A stretch of DNA of 64,000 bases from Lytechinus pictus. Taxonomy: Eukaryota. Position numbers and translations under genes: made by a program. How positions within the stretch are numbered: the stretch's first letter is position 1; each line of letters starts with the position of its first letter. Below are positions 22,986-35,551 of this stretch, one piece after another. Location: positions 20,648,001-20,712,000 of the forward strand of contig NC_087251.1 in NCBI RefSeq assembly GCF_037042905.1. Direction: 5' to 3'. The notes beneath the pieces are model-generated. The model did not search any database, was not told where the DNA came from, and worked only from the letters and a program-made list of their open reading frames with translations.

Positions 22986-25900
22986 GTAGGTCTTATCTTC
23001 ACTTCTGTATTTTTTCGCGTTTTATTTCATATTTTAATTTGCCTTTTTATGTGGGTCAGTGAGTGCCTTAATGATGCTTTCAATGTTTTTTAAGCGGTTG
23101 TACAGAAGCCTGCATGGTAGGACCTGCACCGAAAAAGCTACGGTGTTAACATGAGTAAGATCGACACCATCGGTGTTAAAAAATACACCATGCTGCGTGA
23201 ACAAAGCACCAAATACATGGATTTCAGTGCTATTAGTGTAAAATATATATATAACACACTTTTTTAAACACCATTATGCTTTCAAGTGTAAAAGATGAGT
23301 GTTCCAGAGAACTGTCCTGAGAAAATACAACGATATATCGAAGGATGTTCGTATCACTTATCTACTTATTAAAGGTCAAGTCCACCCTAGAAGAATGTTT
23401 AATTGAATATAGAGAGAAAATCAAACTAGCATTACACTAAAAAATTAATCAAAATCGGATGAAAAATAAGAAAGTTATGATATTTTAAAGTTTCACTTAT
23501 TTTTCACAAAACACTGATAAGAACAACTCAGTGACATGCAAATGAGACAGACGATGATGTCCCTCACTCACTATTTCTTTTGTTTTTTATTGTTTGAATT
23601 ATACAATATTTCATTTTTTACAGATTTGACAATAAGGACATTGACTGAACCATATAATATTAATCAATGCTAATTCCACATGTTCAGGGAGGAATTAGTC
23701 CTTGTTTCACTTGACAATGAAGAGAAAATTAGAAAATTTCATATTTCATACAATAAAATACAAAAGAAATAGTGAGAGGATGATGTCATCAGTTTCCTCA
23801 TTTGCATACAGACCAGGATGTGCATTTAACTGTTTTGTAAAATTAAGCGAAACTTTAAAATGTCATAACTTTCTTGTTTTACATCTGATCTTGATAAAAT
23901 TTTCAGTGTTATGCTTGTTTGATTTTTTTCTTTTTATTGAAATCAACTTTTTGTCGGGGTGGACTTGTCCTTTAAGCGTATTATATGAGCCCGATAGGCG
24001 CGGTACTACACCTATGACATTAATTCTTTGACAATCTTTAGGTTTTAGATGGCTTCAAAATGATTAATGAATATAATAATTTTGGCAAATATTCAAAATC
24101 ATTTTCGTGACCAGATGTTTTCTACCACCTTTGTTTGTTTAGATATGACAGAAACAGAGATATATCAGCAAGACATCGCATGGCTCGATTCTTCTGACGG
24201 TACGCCAAATTTATCTTCTTTTTTTAAAAGGGGAATTAAACCTTTGGAACAAGTGGGCTTGTGTGGAAAGAGAAAAATTAAAGAATGAGATCAAAGAAAG
24301 TTTGAGAAAAATCAGACAAATAATAAAAAAATTATGAGCATTTGAATATTGCGATCACTAATGCTATATGGAGATCCTCCCATTGGCAATGCGACAAAGA
24401 TGTGTGATGTCCATAGAGATGTATACTACATCTCTATGGTGATGTCACATGTCAGTGAACAACTCTCCCTGTGAGGGACTATCAAATACCCCTAAATGTC
24501 CTTTTTTGCTCTTTCTTATAGTGATACAAACTCTTTATCCATAATGTATTCTTTAAAAATCCATACTACATGCCCTCTTTATAGAAAGAATACATGATCT
24601 ACTGATAGATGTGATAATTAAAGAGGCAGTGTAAGTGAAATGTATAGAAAAGTAATGGGAAAGTTGTTCACAAGTGACATCAAGCACACACCTTTGTCGC
24701 ATTGCCAACTGGAGGATCTACATTATGATAATGATCTAAACTTCAAATGCTCATAACTTATTATTTAATCAATTTTTCTCAAACTTTTGTTGATCCGTTT
24801 TCTTTATTTTTCTGTTTTAACACAGGCTATTTTGTTTCAAAGGTTTCATTTTCCTTTAAGTTTGTAAATATTAATGTAATTACCTATTCGAGATTTTGAT
24901 TGTTTGATCGTTTCAGTACTTCTTTTTGCTGACCCTCCATATCGTCATTCGTGCGTTTCATTTGATTGTGTAATCATGTTTTATTGCTAATATGTTTTAG
25001 ATTTTTGTTCTTTATGAATGAGTTTAATTTGATATTTCATGGTGAATGAATGAGAAGAATTCGAATTGATTACAAAGACCCCCACCATTTTCCAAATGAT
25101 AACAAATGAAGAATAATGATAAATGGAAGACAGGAAAATGTAAAAAAGAGTGCGAGGCTTGTGTAACCACAATATTTTTCTGTAAGAAAAGAATGGACCT
25201 ATCAAAATGCCCTCATCGAAATACACTTGCGCCCTCTACTTGTAGGGATTGCTTTTTCATATGAATCATGATAAATTCAGTGTAATTAATACGGTAAATT
25301 GCCAATTCGTCTACTGCCAACTCGTCCACTCACAACATGGTCTACCGTTAGTATAATGCCATTACGTGCATCAACATTTCGACTAACAACCATTCGGTCC
25401 AATTTCGTCCAATCACCATTCGTCTATGACCATTTTGTCTCATAACCAGTTGGTCTAATATTCATTTCATCATTTTGCACAATTTAACACTTAGCCCAAT
25501 TAGACCAAATGGTATATAGACTAAATGGTTATTGGACCAACTGTTTATTAGTCGGAATGGCTTTAGACTAAATTGGCATTAGACGAATTGGAAATAAACC
25601 ATTTATTCATGCTGTGGTCGGGATGAGAAGCCAAATAAATACCCAAAGAATCCGATCATAATCCGTTTACCAAGCAAGTTATATTCCTGAAAATATCGAT
25701 CTTCATGATTATCATCGATCAATGATAACTTTCTCCCCCCCCCCCTATATTGTAGTGGTGGTTGCCGAGGTTACCCAACCGTCCCTCGGTGTTGGTGTCG
25801 AGCTTGGAAGAGCGCAACTTATGAAGAAGAAAGTCTTGTGTTTATTTCGTCCACAAGAGGGGAAAAGTAAGAATGATTTTTGACCCATTTTCTAAAAACG

Positions 25901-26670
25901 AGCCTCATAGTGTAGCCCCGAGTGTAGTCGGAGTTATCGGGGGCGATGCCCAGGGGGGACCGGGGGTTAATTGCATGGGACGACAGGCCGTTATAATTTT
26001 TAAGTACTTTTAAACAAAAAATGATAATAGTGACATGGGAAAAGGGACGAAAGTTAACGTTTTGAAAGATTACTTGTCGGACTTTTTATCCGACAAGTCC
26101 TGTTTTCTCTGATCTACCGAGTGACCCCCAGTCAATCAAGTTCAAGGAAAGTTGTCAAATCTGACAGAAATGTTTACGAAACGCTTCCCAGGTCCGTGCC
26201 ACTCTATGAAACACATATAACAATCATCATGATCAAGTTTTATGAACACATGCATTTAGTCTTGAATTTTATAGTTTTGGCCTATTTTTTTTCATTTGTC
26301 TACATCTATTGGATAGTTTATTGAGTAACAATTACTACTTTTTGACGCAAGTGTTGTGTGAGGCGTGTGCGAGTGTGTTCCGTGGAGTATAAGGGGTCAA
26401 ATTGTAAAGCATTTGTAAAAGGAAAAGTGAGATTTGTTTTCTTCTAAACTTTCTGTATTTTTTCTCAATCTTTTGTTTTCAATATGTAATTGAAATCATA
26501 AACAACACTTCTATGGTGTCGATTTTATTCAATTCGTCTTAATTTATGTTCTGTTTTTTCCCCCGCAAGTTCTGTCAGCGATGGTTCGAGGAGCTCATGA
26601 CGGGGATTCGTTTATAGTGAAGGACTATCGGGAAGAAGACCTGCCCACGATATTCAGCGAATTCTTTTGA
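22829..26670 (+). CDS. DNPH1: DNPH1/Rcl-like paralog B; 4 coding exons, 141 aa, active-site variant
   Basis: Exons 22829-22985, 24143-24199, 25756-25866 and 26570-26670 (426 nt, same phases as paralog A) give MDTKDLKIYFCGSIQGGRQDAELYSRIIHKLKQYGKVLTEVIGNKDVLRIEADMTETEIYQQDIAWLDSSDVVVAEVTQPSLGVGVELGRAQLMKKKVLCLFRPQEGKILSAMVRGAHDGDSFIVKDYREEDLPTIFSEFF*. The frame is intact. Confidence 0.93.
23373..23971. mobile_element. TTAA-TSD MITE, full length about 600 bp (Kolobok-like by AG...CT termini plus TTAA)
   Basis: TTAA|aggtcaagtccaccc...gggtggacttgtcct|TTAA, long imperfect TIRs. Confidence 0.88.
24143..24199 (+). CDS. DNPH1: DNPH1 paralog B coding exon 2
   Basis: tttag acceptor, gtacgc donor, 57 nt as in paralog A; (D)MTETEIYQQDIAWLDSSD. 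Confidence 0.9.
24229..24855. mobile_element. Second TTAA-flanked fold-back MITE family
   Basis: aggggaattaaacctttggaacaag...tttgtttcaaaggtttcattttcct|ttaa; internal IR cattggcaatgcgacaaag/ctttgtcgcattgccaa; a similar-ended degenerate element lies at about 243-727. Confidence 0.7.
25293..25600. mobile_element. GG-ended fold-back MITE (copy 4)
   Basis: ggtaaattgccaattcgtc...gacgaattggaaataaacc; flanks attaatac/atttattc. Confidence 0.78.
25756..25866 (+). CDS. DNPH1: DNPH1 paralog B coding exon 3
   Basis: ttgtag acceptor, gtaaga donor, 111 nt; (V)VVAEVTQPSLGVGVELGRAQLMKKKVLCLFRPQEGK. Confidence 0.93.
26570..26670 (+). CDS. DNPH1: DNPH1 paralog B coding exon 4
   Basis: Pyrimidine tract plus aag acceptor; (I)LSAMVRGAHDGDSFIVKDYREEDLPTIFSEFF*. 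Confidence 0.9.
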
Positions 26671-26816
26671 AAGAACAATTTTACTCATTCAAACGACGGA
26701 GATTAAAGAGTTTAATGAGAAAGAGATTTATCCTCTTAAATGTCACTTTGAAAATAGGCAAAGACTACAAAAAGGAATTAACATGTCATGTAACGTTTAC
26801 ACTTTAGACCCGCGAT

Positions 26817-28085
26817 CACTAGCGTACCTAAGGGGGGCAGGGGGCAGACTGCCCCCCCCCCCCCCTGACGAGTCGCAAGCAAAAAAAGGAAGCGAAAAAG
26901 GGAAAGAAAAAATAAAAGAGGAAAGAGAGAAAAAAGGGGAAGGGGAAAAAGAAGGAAGAGTTTAAGAGAAACTTTGAGGGGAAAAGAAAAAACTGGACCG
27001 CAGACTGTCGGAAAAAAATTATAAACTGTCAGGCACACGGGGCTGTTCCAACTGATTCGGTTTTTAGTTCCACCATCTTTGTCGGTAAATGTCAATTAAA
27101 CTGTACACTTTTATCGGTAAATTGTGATTTTTACGCAAAGCGACTTTTAGAGCTCTCTATGTTCCGATAGTGAGGACGGACTGGGCTGACCAGGGACAGG
27201 AAAAAGTTAGAGAACAACTTTTAGGTAATATAATTATAACAATAAAAAATAACGCGCGTAGCGCTCGCATCAATTTTTTAGTTGGATACTTATGATAAAT
27301 GTCTAGTTTTCATTTGAAATATATTTAAAAAAAAGTGCTTATAATATCCAGTTCTTAGGCCGGAATATCAAAAATTTCAGCTCGCGCTTCGTGCTCACAT
27401 ATACTGTTTACATATATATCCATCCTGTCCATAGTTAAATTAAGTGCTCAGAATGTCCGGTTTTCAGGTAGGAATATGAAAAATCAAAAATATATCATTA
27501 GAAACCAATTTGTTCACAGTTACAAAAATTGCTTAGAATATCAAGTTCTTAGGTCGAAATATCAAAAATTTCAGCTCGAGCTTCGCACTCGCATAAAATT
27601 CCATCCTGTTCATAATTAAATGAAGTGCTCAGAATGTAAAGTTTTCAGGTCGAAATTGCGCTCACACCAATTAATTGTTTTTAACTACCATTTTGTTCAT
27701 AGTTAAAAAAAAGTGCTAAGAATGTCCACTTTTGAGGGGGGATATCAGATCGCTCTTCACGCTCGCATCAATTAATTATTCAGTTAGAAACCAATTTGTT
27801 CATGGTTACTAAAAGTGCTTAGAATGTTCAGTTCTTAGGTCAAAATATCAAAAGGTTTAGCTCGCGCTTCGCGCCCGAACGACTGTTTAGAAACCCATCC
27901 TGTAAAACTGCTTAGAACGTCTAGTGTCCAGTTAGGAATATAAAAAAAAATTAGCTCGCGCTTTGCGCTCGCATAATTTATTAGAGAAGATACCCATCCT
28001 ATTCATAATTAAGAGCACAAAATGTATTGTTTTAGGTCTAATTTTTTTTTTTTAATTCAGCTCGCGGTTTGCGCTCGCAATTATT
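26817..28085. repeat. hAT-like relic with internal about 90-bp tandem units containing GCTCGCGCTTCGCGCTCGCA
   Basis: Starts cactagcgtacctaaggggggc; about 8 units of aaatttcagctcgcgcttcgcgctcgca...aaagtgcttagaatgtccag; the reverse-complement motif occurs in 60287-61420 and 1440-1640. Confidence 0.7.
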
Positions 28086-29763
28086 ATTTTTATATTATTA
28101 TTTTTAACTGATTTCAATGTCAAATACCTCTTTTATAACTTCTCCAAAAGAGCAGAATTGGCAACATAATGTAAACACCTTCAAAGAGGAATAAAAGAAG
28201 TATTTTAATATAAACATTGCAATTTCCACTTGATTAGAAATATATCGATCACGATCCAATACATTTCATTTCTGGAATGATATACAAAAAAAAATTTCGA
28301 CAATGAAGTGCAATCGCCCAATAGTAAATATCAGTAGTAGCAAGATCCCAACTGTTTTATTGGGCACCCCCTGGGTAACCTTTCCCATCTTCAGTGCCAC
28401 TGCCAGACCTATACAACGTGTAAGGGGGGTGGGCTGCAAAATGCAGGGCAACGAGGACTGCGAGGTGCCCAAATATCCTCGTGTATTGGTAATTTTATGA
28501 CCGAATGTATAATTTTTGCACGTTTCACATCATGTAAAAAGGCTAAATAATAGTTGAAAAAATGTTCGCTCGCTTTGCTCACTCGAAATTAAAAACTGTG
28601 AGGTTGATATTTTGGCAATGATTATCAGCCCCCCGGTCAAATAATTGCTTGCTCTTGTTGACACGTCACCGTTCATAAGGACTTCACCTTGATCGGGAAA
28701 TGAACATATTGCTATACTATACATGGGTGTAAAGGTGATAAAATATATCAAGCGCTGGTGCAAAGTGAGGTTTGAATATGTGGTCCTGTTTATATAACGG
28801 TGATATTAGTCACTTTCTTAATTACTATTCGAGATCACTAAATTCTTGATAAGAATAAGTTTCCTCTTGCTTTACCCCACCCCAATCTCCTAAAGGAAAA
28901 CTGAGATCAGGGTACTGATACACGATACTTGTTAGCATCAACCAATTGTCATTTTCTCGAGTTATCATAGAAATAGTCAGATAACAGTGCGTCTCGGCCA
29001 ATCAAAACCAGACTTCAATGATAATGTGAAAACTGACAGTCAATACTTGACAACTTTCAGAAAACAGCGCCCCGGGCTCCTTTTCACAAAACTTGTTGTA
29101 ATAACCAATCTGATTGGCCTATTTTAATTGTGCATTTGTTACTATAACAACTGACAAGTCTTTAGGAAACAGAACCCAGGTCGGCCTATCAAACCAAATA
29201 CTATAATAACAAACAAGTCAATACACCCAAAAGACAAGGAATTACAAAAAGTACATTTATTTTATCTTTTCATTGTTTTTATTGTTCTTTTGAACAAATA
29301 TACACAAATTATGCATAATAATTCCTGAATATTATATAAATTAATTTGTGAATACAGCAAATAATATGATATGCTTGACAACATCTGCATCTCTCTTGGT
29401 AGTATTTCCTGGTGAAAAAAACTAGGCCAATTTCATAACATATCAAAATTCAAGTACCCAGTAAACTTTCATTAGTAACAAAATATTTCATAAAATAGCC
29501 AGAAAAATAGGTGCACGAATTGTTGTTGCTAGGATTGGCACACACGCCTTATCCTGCCAGCCAGCACATGTTTAATGTAGATTTCATTCTGAATATCAAA
29601 ATATTAATGACTAATAGGCTTATTGATTGTGGTACTGCAATTCGGGTACAAACAAACTCTGAATATACTATGAAACTGGCCTAATAAGACATAACCCACA
29701 TTTCTGGTTAATGTAATATGATATGACCAAAGATGTTTAATCCACCTTTTCAGGGATTGTTGA

Positions 29764-30266
29764 AGGACAAATCCACCCCAACAAAAAGTTGATTTGAATA
29801 ACGGGAGAAAAATTCAACAGGCATAACACTGAAAATATCATCAAAATCCTGGTCGATATGCAAATGAGGGGAATGATGATGTCACCCACTCGCTATTTCT
29901 TTTGTATTTCATTAAGATTATCAAATATTAAATATTTCCTTTTTCTCATTGTCAGGTGAAACAGATTTATTCCTCTCTGAACAAGTTGAATCACCATTGT
30001 TTTAACATTTTGTGGTTCAGTAAAGTTGGTTATCAAAATTGAAATATGGTATAATCCAAAAAAAAAAAAAATAAATAAATGAGGAGTGAATGACATCGAC
30101 TCTCTAATATGCATATTACCGAGTAGTGCATATAACTGTTTTGTTAAAAATAAGTGAAACTTTCAAATGCCATAACTCTCTTATTTTACATCCAACTTTG
30201 ATGAAATTTTCTTTGATTTTTCTGTATTGATTTTAAAGCAACATTTTTCTGGGGTGGACTTGACCT
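29764..30266. mobile_element. TTAA-family MITE, reverse orientation, internally deleted
   Basis: aggacaaatccacccc...ggggtggacttgacct. Confidence 0.8.
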
Positions 30267-32053
30267 TTACATACACACTGTAATGTATAAAAGAATGGTC
30301 GAGGATGCCTTTGCCCATAGAGAAGAATAACGATGCCTCATTATGTGAACACCGATTGATGTGGAAACCAATGGCAGATCCAGAATTTCATTAATGTGGC
30401 AGCCCATACGGGCCCATGATGAAACTGTTTCTCTTTATCAATTATTACCTTAAATCTAAGATAAAAATCAGTTTGTTTCAATAATTGTACCTATGTTTTA
30501 AAAAGAGAAGAGGTATGAGGCTTCGTGTAATGAATATTACTTTTGTAATGTTTCTATTCATCATGAAATAAACTCTACTTTTGATGGTTGGAGGGAAATG
30601 GGTCCCATAGATAAATGTAAGTACTTTTACTGGACATTACTGTACATACATGTTCATGTCTGTTCATCATTATTACAGATATAACAAACTTCATTCATTT
30701 TATAAACTTAAATAACTAAATCATTTTAAATATATCATGTATATGTATACATTAGATTAAATGTATATTGATCAATAAGTTAATCATTAAAAAAGGCTAA
30801 AATGGAATGTTTGTTCTCTCAGCAAAATAAATTAAAGAAATTTTTCACCAAAATCAATTGATCCAAAGAGTATCACCAATCATTTATATTTTTGTTCCAA
30901 ATATTACTAAACAATTTGAAACATTTGTTTGGAATTCATGCAACTATATAATCTCACTAAAAAAATATGCTGTTCAATAACTTAATTAAAGGCACCATCT
31001 TATCAAGTTCACACTCTGTCCAGAAAAAGACTTGGCCTTGTTTCATAAATAAGTTGAACTATTATTAAAAGTTGTCATTGTTACAATCTAGCTTAGGGTT
31101 AATTTCAGCTAATTTAAAAAATGTTCATTTCATGAAACAAGGTCATTACTTCATTGTACAATATAAGACATAATCCCAACAGAGGTTATCTAAAATCAAT
31201 CTTGAACAAAGATAAATTCATTATTACGATAATAAGCCTGTAAATTTTGGGTGTGTTATATGAATGTGTCTTTGACATGTGTTTATGAATATGCATATTT
31301 TTTGTTCAAATATGAGGAAGAGGACAAAACAAAAGTAAATTAGACTATACAACAATGATTTATCATAATTTAGTGCACATGTTCTTATTCTTATTAGTTC
31401 ATCTTGGTTGCCTTAGGGAATTCTTTATTAAAGGATTATGTATTAATATTCACCATTCATAATAGATGACTGAATCTCATACCAATGTTCAGGAAATAAA
31501 CATTTTGTTTTTACACTAACCTATATGAACAAAAATAACTAATTATCATTAATCAACACTGTTGATTGTCAAATCCTTAAGGAAAATTAAATTTACTGTA
31601 AGAATATGTGATTTATCCATGGGTGCACATAGGTGCTTTTGCTTGGAGTAATTTTTCAGAATTTACATGTGGTCTACCTTTTATACAACCCAAAAAATTA
31701 TTAAAAGCTATTGGAGATATTGCATGGACATCATTTTGGTGATGTATAGATGGACAGGTACAATACTCTTACTAGACTTTGACTGCGAGAGGGTAAAAGA
31801 ATGGCAGCATCAAAATTTAATTTGATTTGTTTACAAATATAACATTCATCTTTGATCCACTTGGATAAAAACTAAAATATATATCAGGTTAAAAAAAATC
31901 TTGTTCACGTAATCATAATACACACACATTCAGTATCATTCTTTTTTTACAGGTTAAAAATGTCCTTATCATGATGTCACTTACAAATGCATATACATGT
32001 ATACTGTCTATTTACAAAACAAATATTTGTAATTTCAGGCAAGAACATATATA

Positions 32054-32873
32054 CAGTGCGTCCTACAAAAAACAAAACCGAGATTTATTGATGATTTATC
32101 ATAACTTAATAATAAATACAATAGACAAATGACCTACTAATGTAAAGCTTAGAATCTCCTCTTTCATCTGAAATTACTTAGATTATTCCTTATTCACACA
32201 TGAGTGAGCAAAAACAATTTGAAAAAAGGATAACAAAACTCATTTGGCGGGGGTAAATGAATTTCAAAAAGAAAACCACATGCTTAGAATGTTCAATATC
32301 TGATCTTTTATTTGATACCTTAATCGCAGAAAATGGTCAAGAAGTAAAAAATTTCTGTTCCCTCGAAACAATGCTTGTATTTCCATAATATCATTAAATA
32401 AACTGTTGTCACCGGTTTCCCACAGAAGCTATCGCACAGTCAACAAAAACTTAATGCATGGCTGATCGTCAACAAAACGGAGTGTCGAGTGAGTCTGAAT
32501 GCTATATAGCTTGTAAAACCTCTTCACTTTATGAAATTATTGGAATTTAAGCCTTATTTCAAATAACCAGAACTTTGTTATTTCTTGACCATTTTCTGTA
32601 ATTGAGGTATCACATTAAAGAGCAGATATTGAACTTTTTGAAAATGTGGTTTTCTTTTTGAAACCCAGATACAGCCCGCCAAGTGACTTTTTGTTATCCC
32701 CTCTTCAAATTGTTTTTGCTCACTCATGCGTAAATGAGAAATAATCTAAATAATTTCAGATGAAAGGGGAGATTCTAAGCTTTACAATGGTAGGTCATTT
32801 GTCTATTTTATTTGTGATTAAGTTATGATAAATCATCTATAAATCTCGGTTTCGTTTTTTGGGGGACGCACTG
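32054..32873. mobile_element. Tc1/mariner-like fold-back MITE, 820 bp, about 300-bp inverted arms
   Basis: TA|cagtgcgtcc...aaaccgagattta / taaatctcggtttc...ggacgcactg|TG; arms align throughout. Confidence 0.88.
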
Positions 32874-34779
32874 TGGATTGGGGAACATTCTACAATCAAT
32901 AAACCCCACAAAAATATGAAAATACCAACTTCCTTTGACAACATAATCAGCAGCTGCTTCATTTCGTTTTCAATGATTAAAATATTTTGTGAAAAAATGT
33001 GTTCAATATACATATAAAAAAAGATTTGAGGCCTGTGACAAAATGCTTAGCAATTTATTGTACATTCACTATCGTACAATTGATTTTGTAAAATTGATTG
33101 CATGTAAAGTTCAATGCAATCAATCGTAAAATTAGCCTTACCATTAATTGCTAAGCTCTGTGTTGTGAAGCACTGGATCACATACTTCAAAATTACATGT
33201 AGAAATAAATCGCTGACCTTGGAATTGCCAATAGAAATCATTGTTACATGTGCTTTTTGATCAAATGAATTACCAGACATTTCAAATTTCGAACTGATTG
33301 CGAATGTTTGTGTTGCAGTCAAGAAGTTCTCTAGACTTGAGAGAGAAGACTTCTTCAAAATATTGTTTGAAAGAGTAAATTTGTAAAAAAAAAAAAAAAT
33401 TAGAAAATATGTGAAATAGGCATATGTTCTCTTAAGGGCTAACTAATATTCATAATAATTCTTATTTACTGCTGTGTATGCTCATACATATAAAGTATTA
33501 CTACAGTAGGTGTATGGAAATGTAAAGGTCATTATTTCAACCTGTCTGATGTGTCCAACCCATTCAAACATAGCCCTATCATTCATTCAATGTTTTGGAT
33601 TTATAATTCGTATCAGTGTATTTTTTTTAAAATGTTTTCATTAAAAGTATGAATGAGTCCTCAAATAAAGATAAAATAGAAAGAACAAATTATTCATGCA
33701 GTATGATTTCAAATAAGGTTAACAGATTCAATGTAATGTAAAAATAAATCTCCTGTGATCATTTCTGCCCAAATTCAATTTAAAAACTTGTTCATAGGTA
33801 CTAGTGTAATGGACGGAATGTAATGCTTTGGTACAGAAATTGTAATGTTTTAGTATTTTGTCTTTTCTTATTGGATATTAAATAAAATAGAACTGTGAAA
33901 ATATCTTCCACCATTTTTGTTTCATTCAATTCCTTATAATGATTTTTTTTAAATTGTGGATTAGACATAAAGTCGGAAATAAAAAGTATGAAAATTGATA
34001 TCAGTTAGGACACTAAATGGCTCTATAGTTCACATTAGTTTAGGCGAAGGGCTGTGGGGAGGTGTTTATTTTAAACTATGCTCGCATATTTTGGCAATTT
34101 TCAACCAGTTTAAAACATGCTCTTCCCTTCCCTTATCCAATGACTTTGTTCTGCATTGTCAAAACTCTACAAATGAAGCAAACATCACCTGTTTGCCTTT
34201 GGTACCAGAAATTTTGTTTATATGCGACTATCACTACAGGGGCTACTGAATTCACTTTGTAAACTCTGTCAGGTATCTACTGATATTGAGATTAATAAAA
34301 TGGAAATGTGGCATTTTCTCTTGTCTTTTTACACTATGATGTGTTTCATCATAACCTGCTTCATGATCATAACTGGGGCAAAACATAACTGCACCTTATC
34401 TTCAGTAATGGATATTCACTCTCTCAAGAAAGATTTATCACGATTATACTGCAATCAGAATGTATTGTTCCCATGTGGACGGTTGATTTAAAAAAAAAAG
34501 GAATTCTAACACTCCCCATTAAAAATAAGAGAGCATTTTGCCTATCTTAATTTAAATCCCTCATTTTTCTTTGAGATTCATTGATGGAAAATGATATCTC
34601 CATTAACATAGATTTATCAACAGAAACATCTTCAAGACTAACAACAATGGCTAAAGTCCTTTCGAATCGAAATGGGGGTGACATTGAATCCTAGGGGGCT
34701 TCATCTCCATGAGGTAGGTTGATGACTTTGTTCATGATTTTTGTCAACATGATGCATACTATCCCATGTCTACTACCTT

Positions 34780-35240
34780 TCTTCAACATGGTGGCAGCAG
34801 TGGGAAAAAACCATTATACAATGTTTCTTCCAACATGGTAGTAGCAGAAGTATAATCTGGTGGCAGCAGTTGGATATGATCATTCATTCCTCCCTGTTGT
34901 AGCAAAACAGCTCACATCAACTACTGTCCAATATTTCATACACACACTTTCCAAAATGGTGGCAACAGTAGGATATTGTATGGCAGCAGTGGGATATGAT
35001 CCATCCTGCTGGAGCGAAGCAGCTCACTGCACCTACTGTCCAATATTCACTTGCTACATGCATCTTCTGAAATGGCAATCCTTGTAGGATATGATGGTGG
35101 CAGCAGCTGAATATGATCATTCTTCCCTGCTGGAGCATAGCACCTCACTGCACCTTATGTCCAATTTTCACTTCCTACACCCATCTTCTAAATTGGTGGC
35201 AGAGACAGAATATCCTTGTGGCAGCGGTGGGATGGGCTAG
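34780..35240. repeat. Degenerate about 120-bp tandem repeat just downstream of the MOK stop codon
   Basis: Recurring (a)tggtggcagcagt(g/t)ggatatgatc...cagctcactgcacctactgtccaatattc. Confidence 0.7.
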
Positions 35241-35467
35241 TGTCATTCCATCATGTTGGATCACATTTATATCTATTTGATCCCACAGCACAAATGATAT
35301 ACTAGTTCTTCCTCATCTGCCAAAATCATGCGCAATAGGCAGCAAATCCACACCTTTCCATATGATCTTGATATCAAAATCATTGTATGCAACACAATTG
35401 CTAAGGAAAGGCACTTTGTACTGTTTGTTTTGGTGAAGAGTCTGTAGCTCTTGAGTATTACACTTGA

Positions 35468-35551
35468 TCAGAACTGAGCTTCCTTGCTCTTTTGTATTGA
35501 TGGCAGCTGAAAGTGTCCATATACATTCTTTGATGCTGCAGGTTGAAATGC
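35468..35551 (-). CDS. MOK: MOK terminal coding exon 13
   Basis: ctttcacag acceptor; AFQPAASKNVYGHFQLPSIQKSKEAQF*. Confidence 0.8.
   Translation of the reverse strand, partial: AFQPAASKNVYGHFQLPSIQKSKEAQF

Noticed and set aside
23702..24031. ORF similar to ORF 59262-59738, suggesting a gene family
   Set aside because: Both are chance frames inside copies of the same TTAA MITE; the first lies in a DNPH1-B intron
27250..28085. Regularly spaced repeats resembling a CRISPR array
   Set aside because: Spacers are homologous to each other, repeats are degenerate, the context is eukaryotic and there are no cas genes; it is a TE-internal satellite
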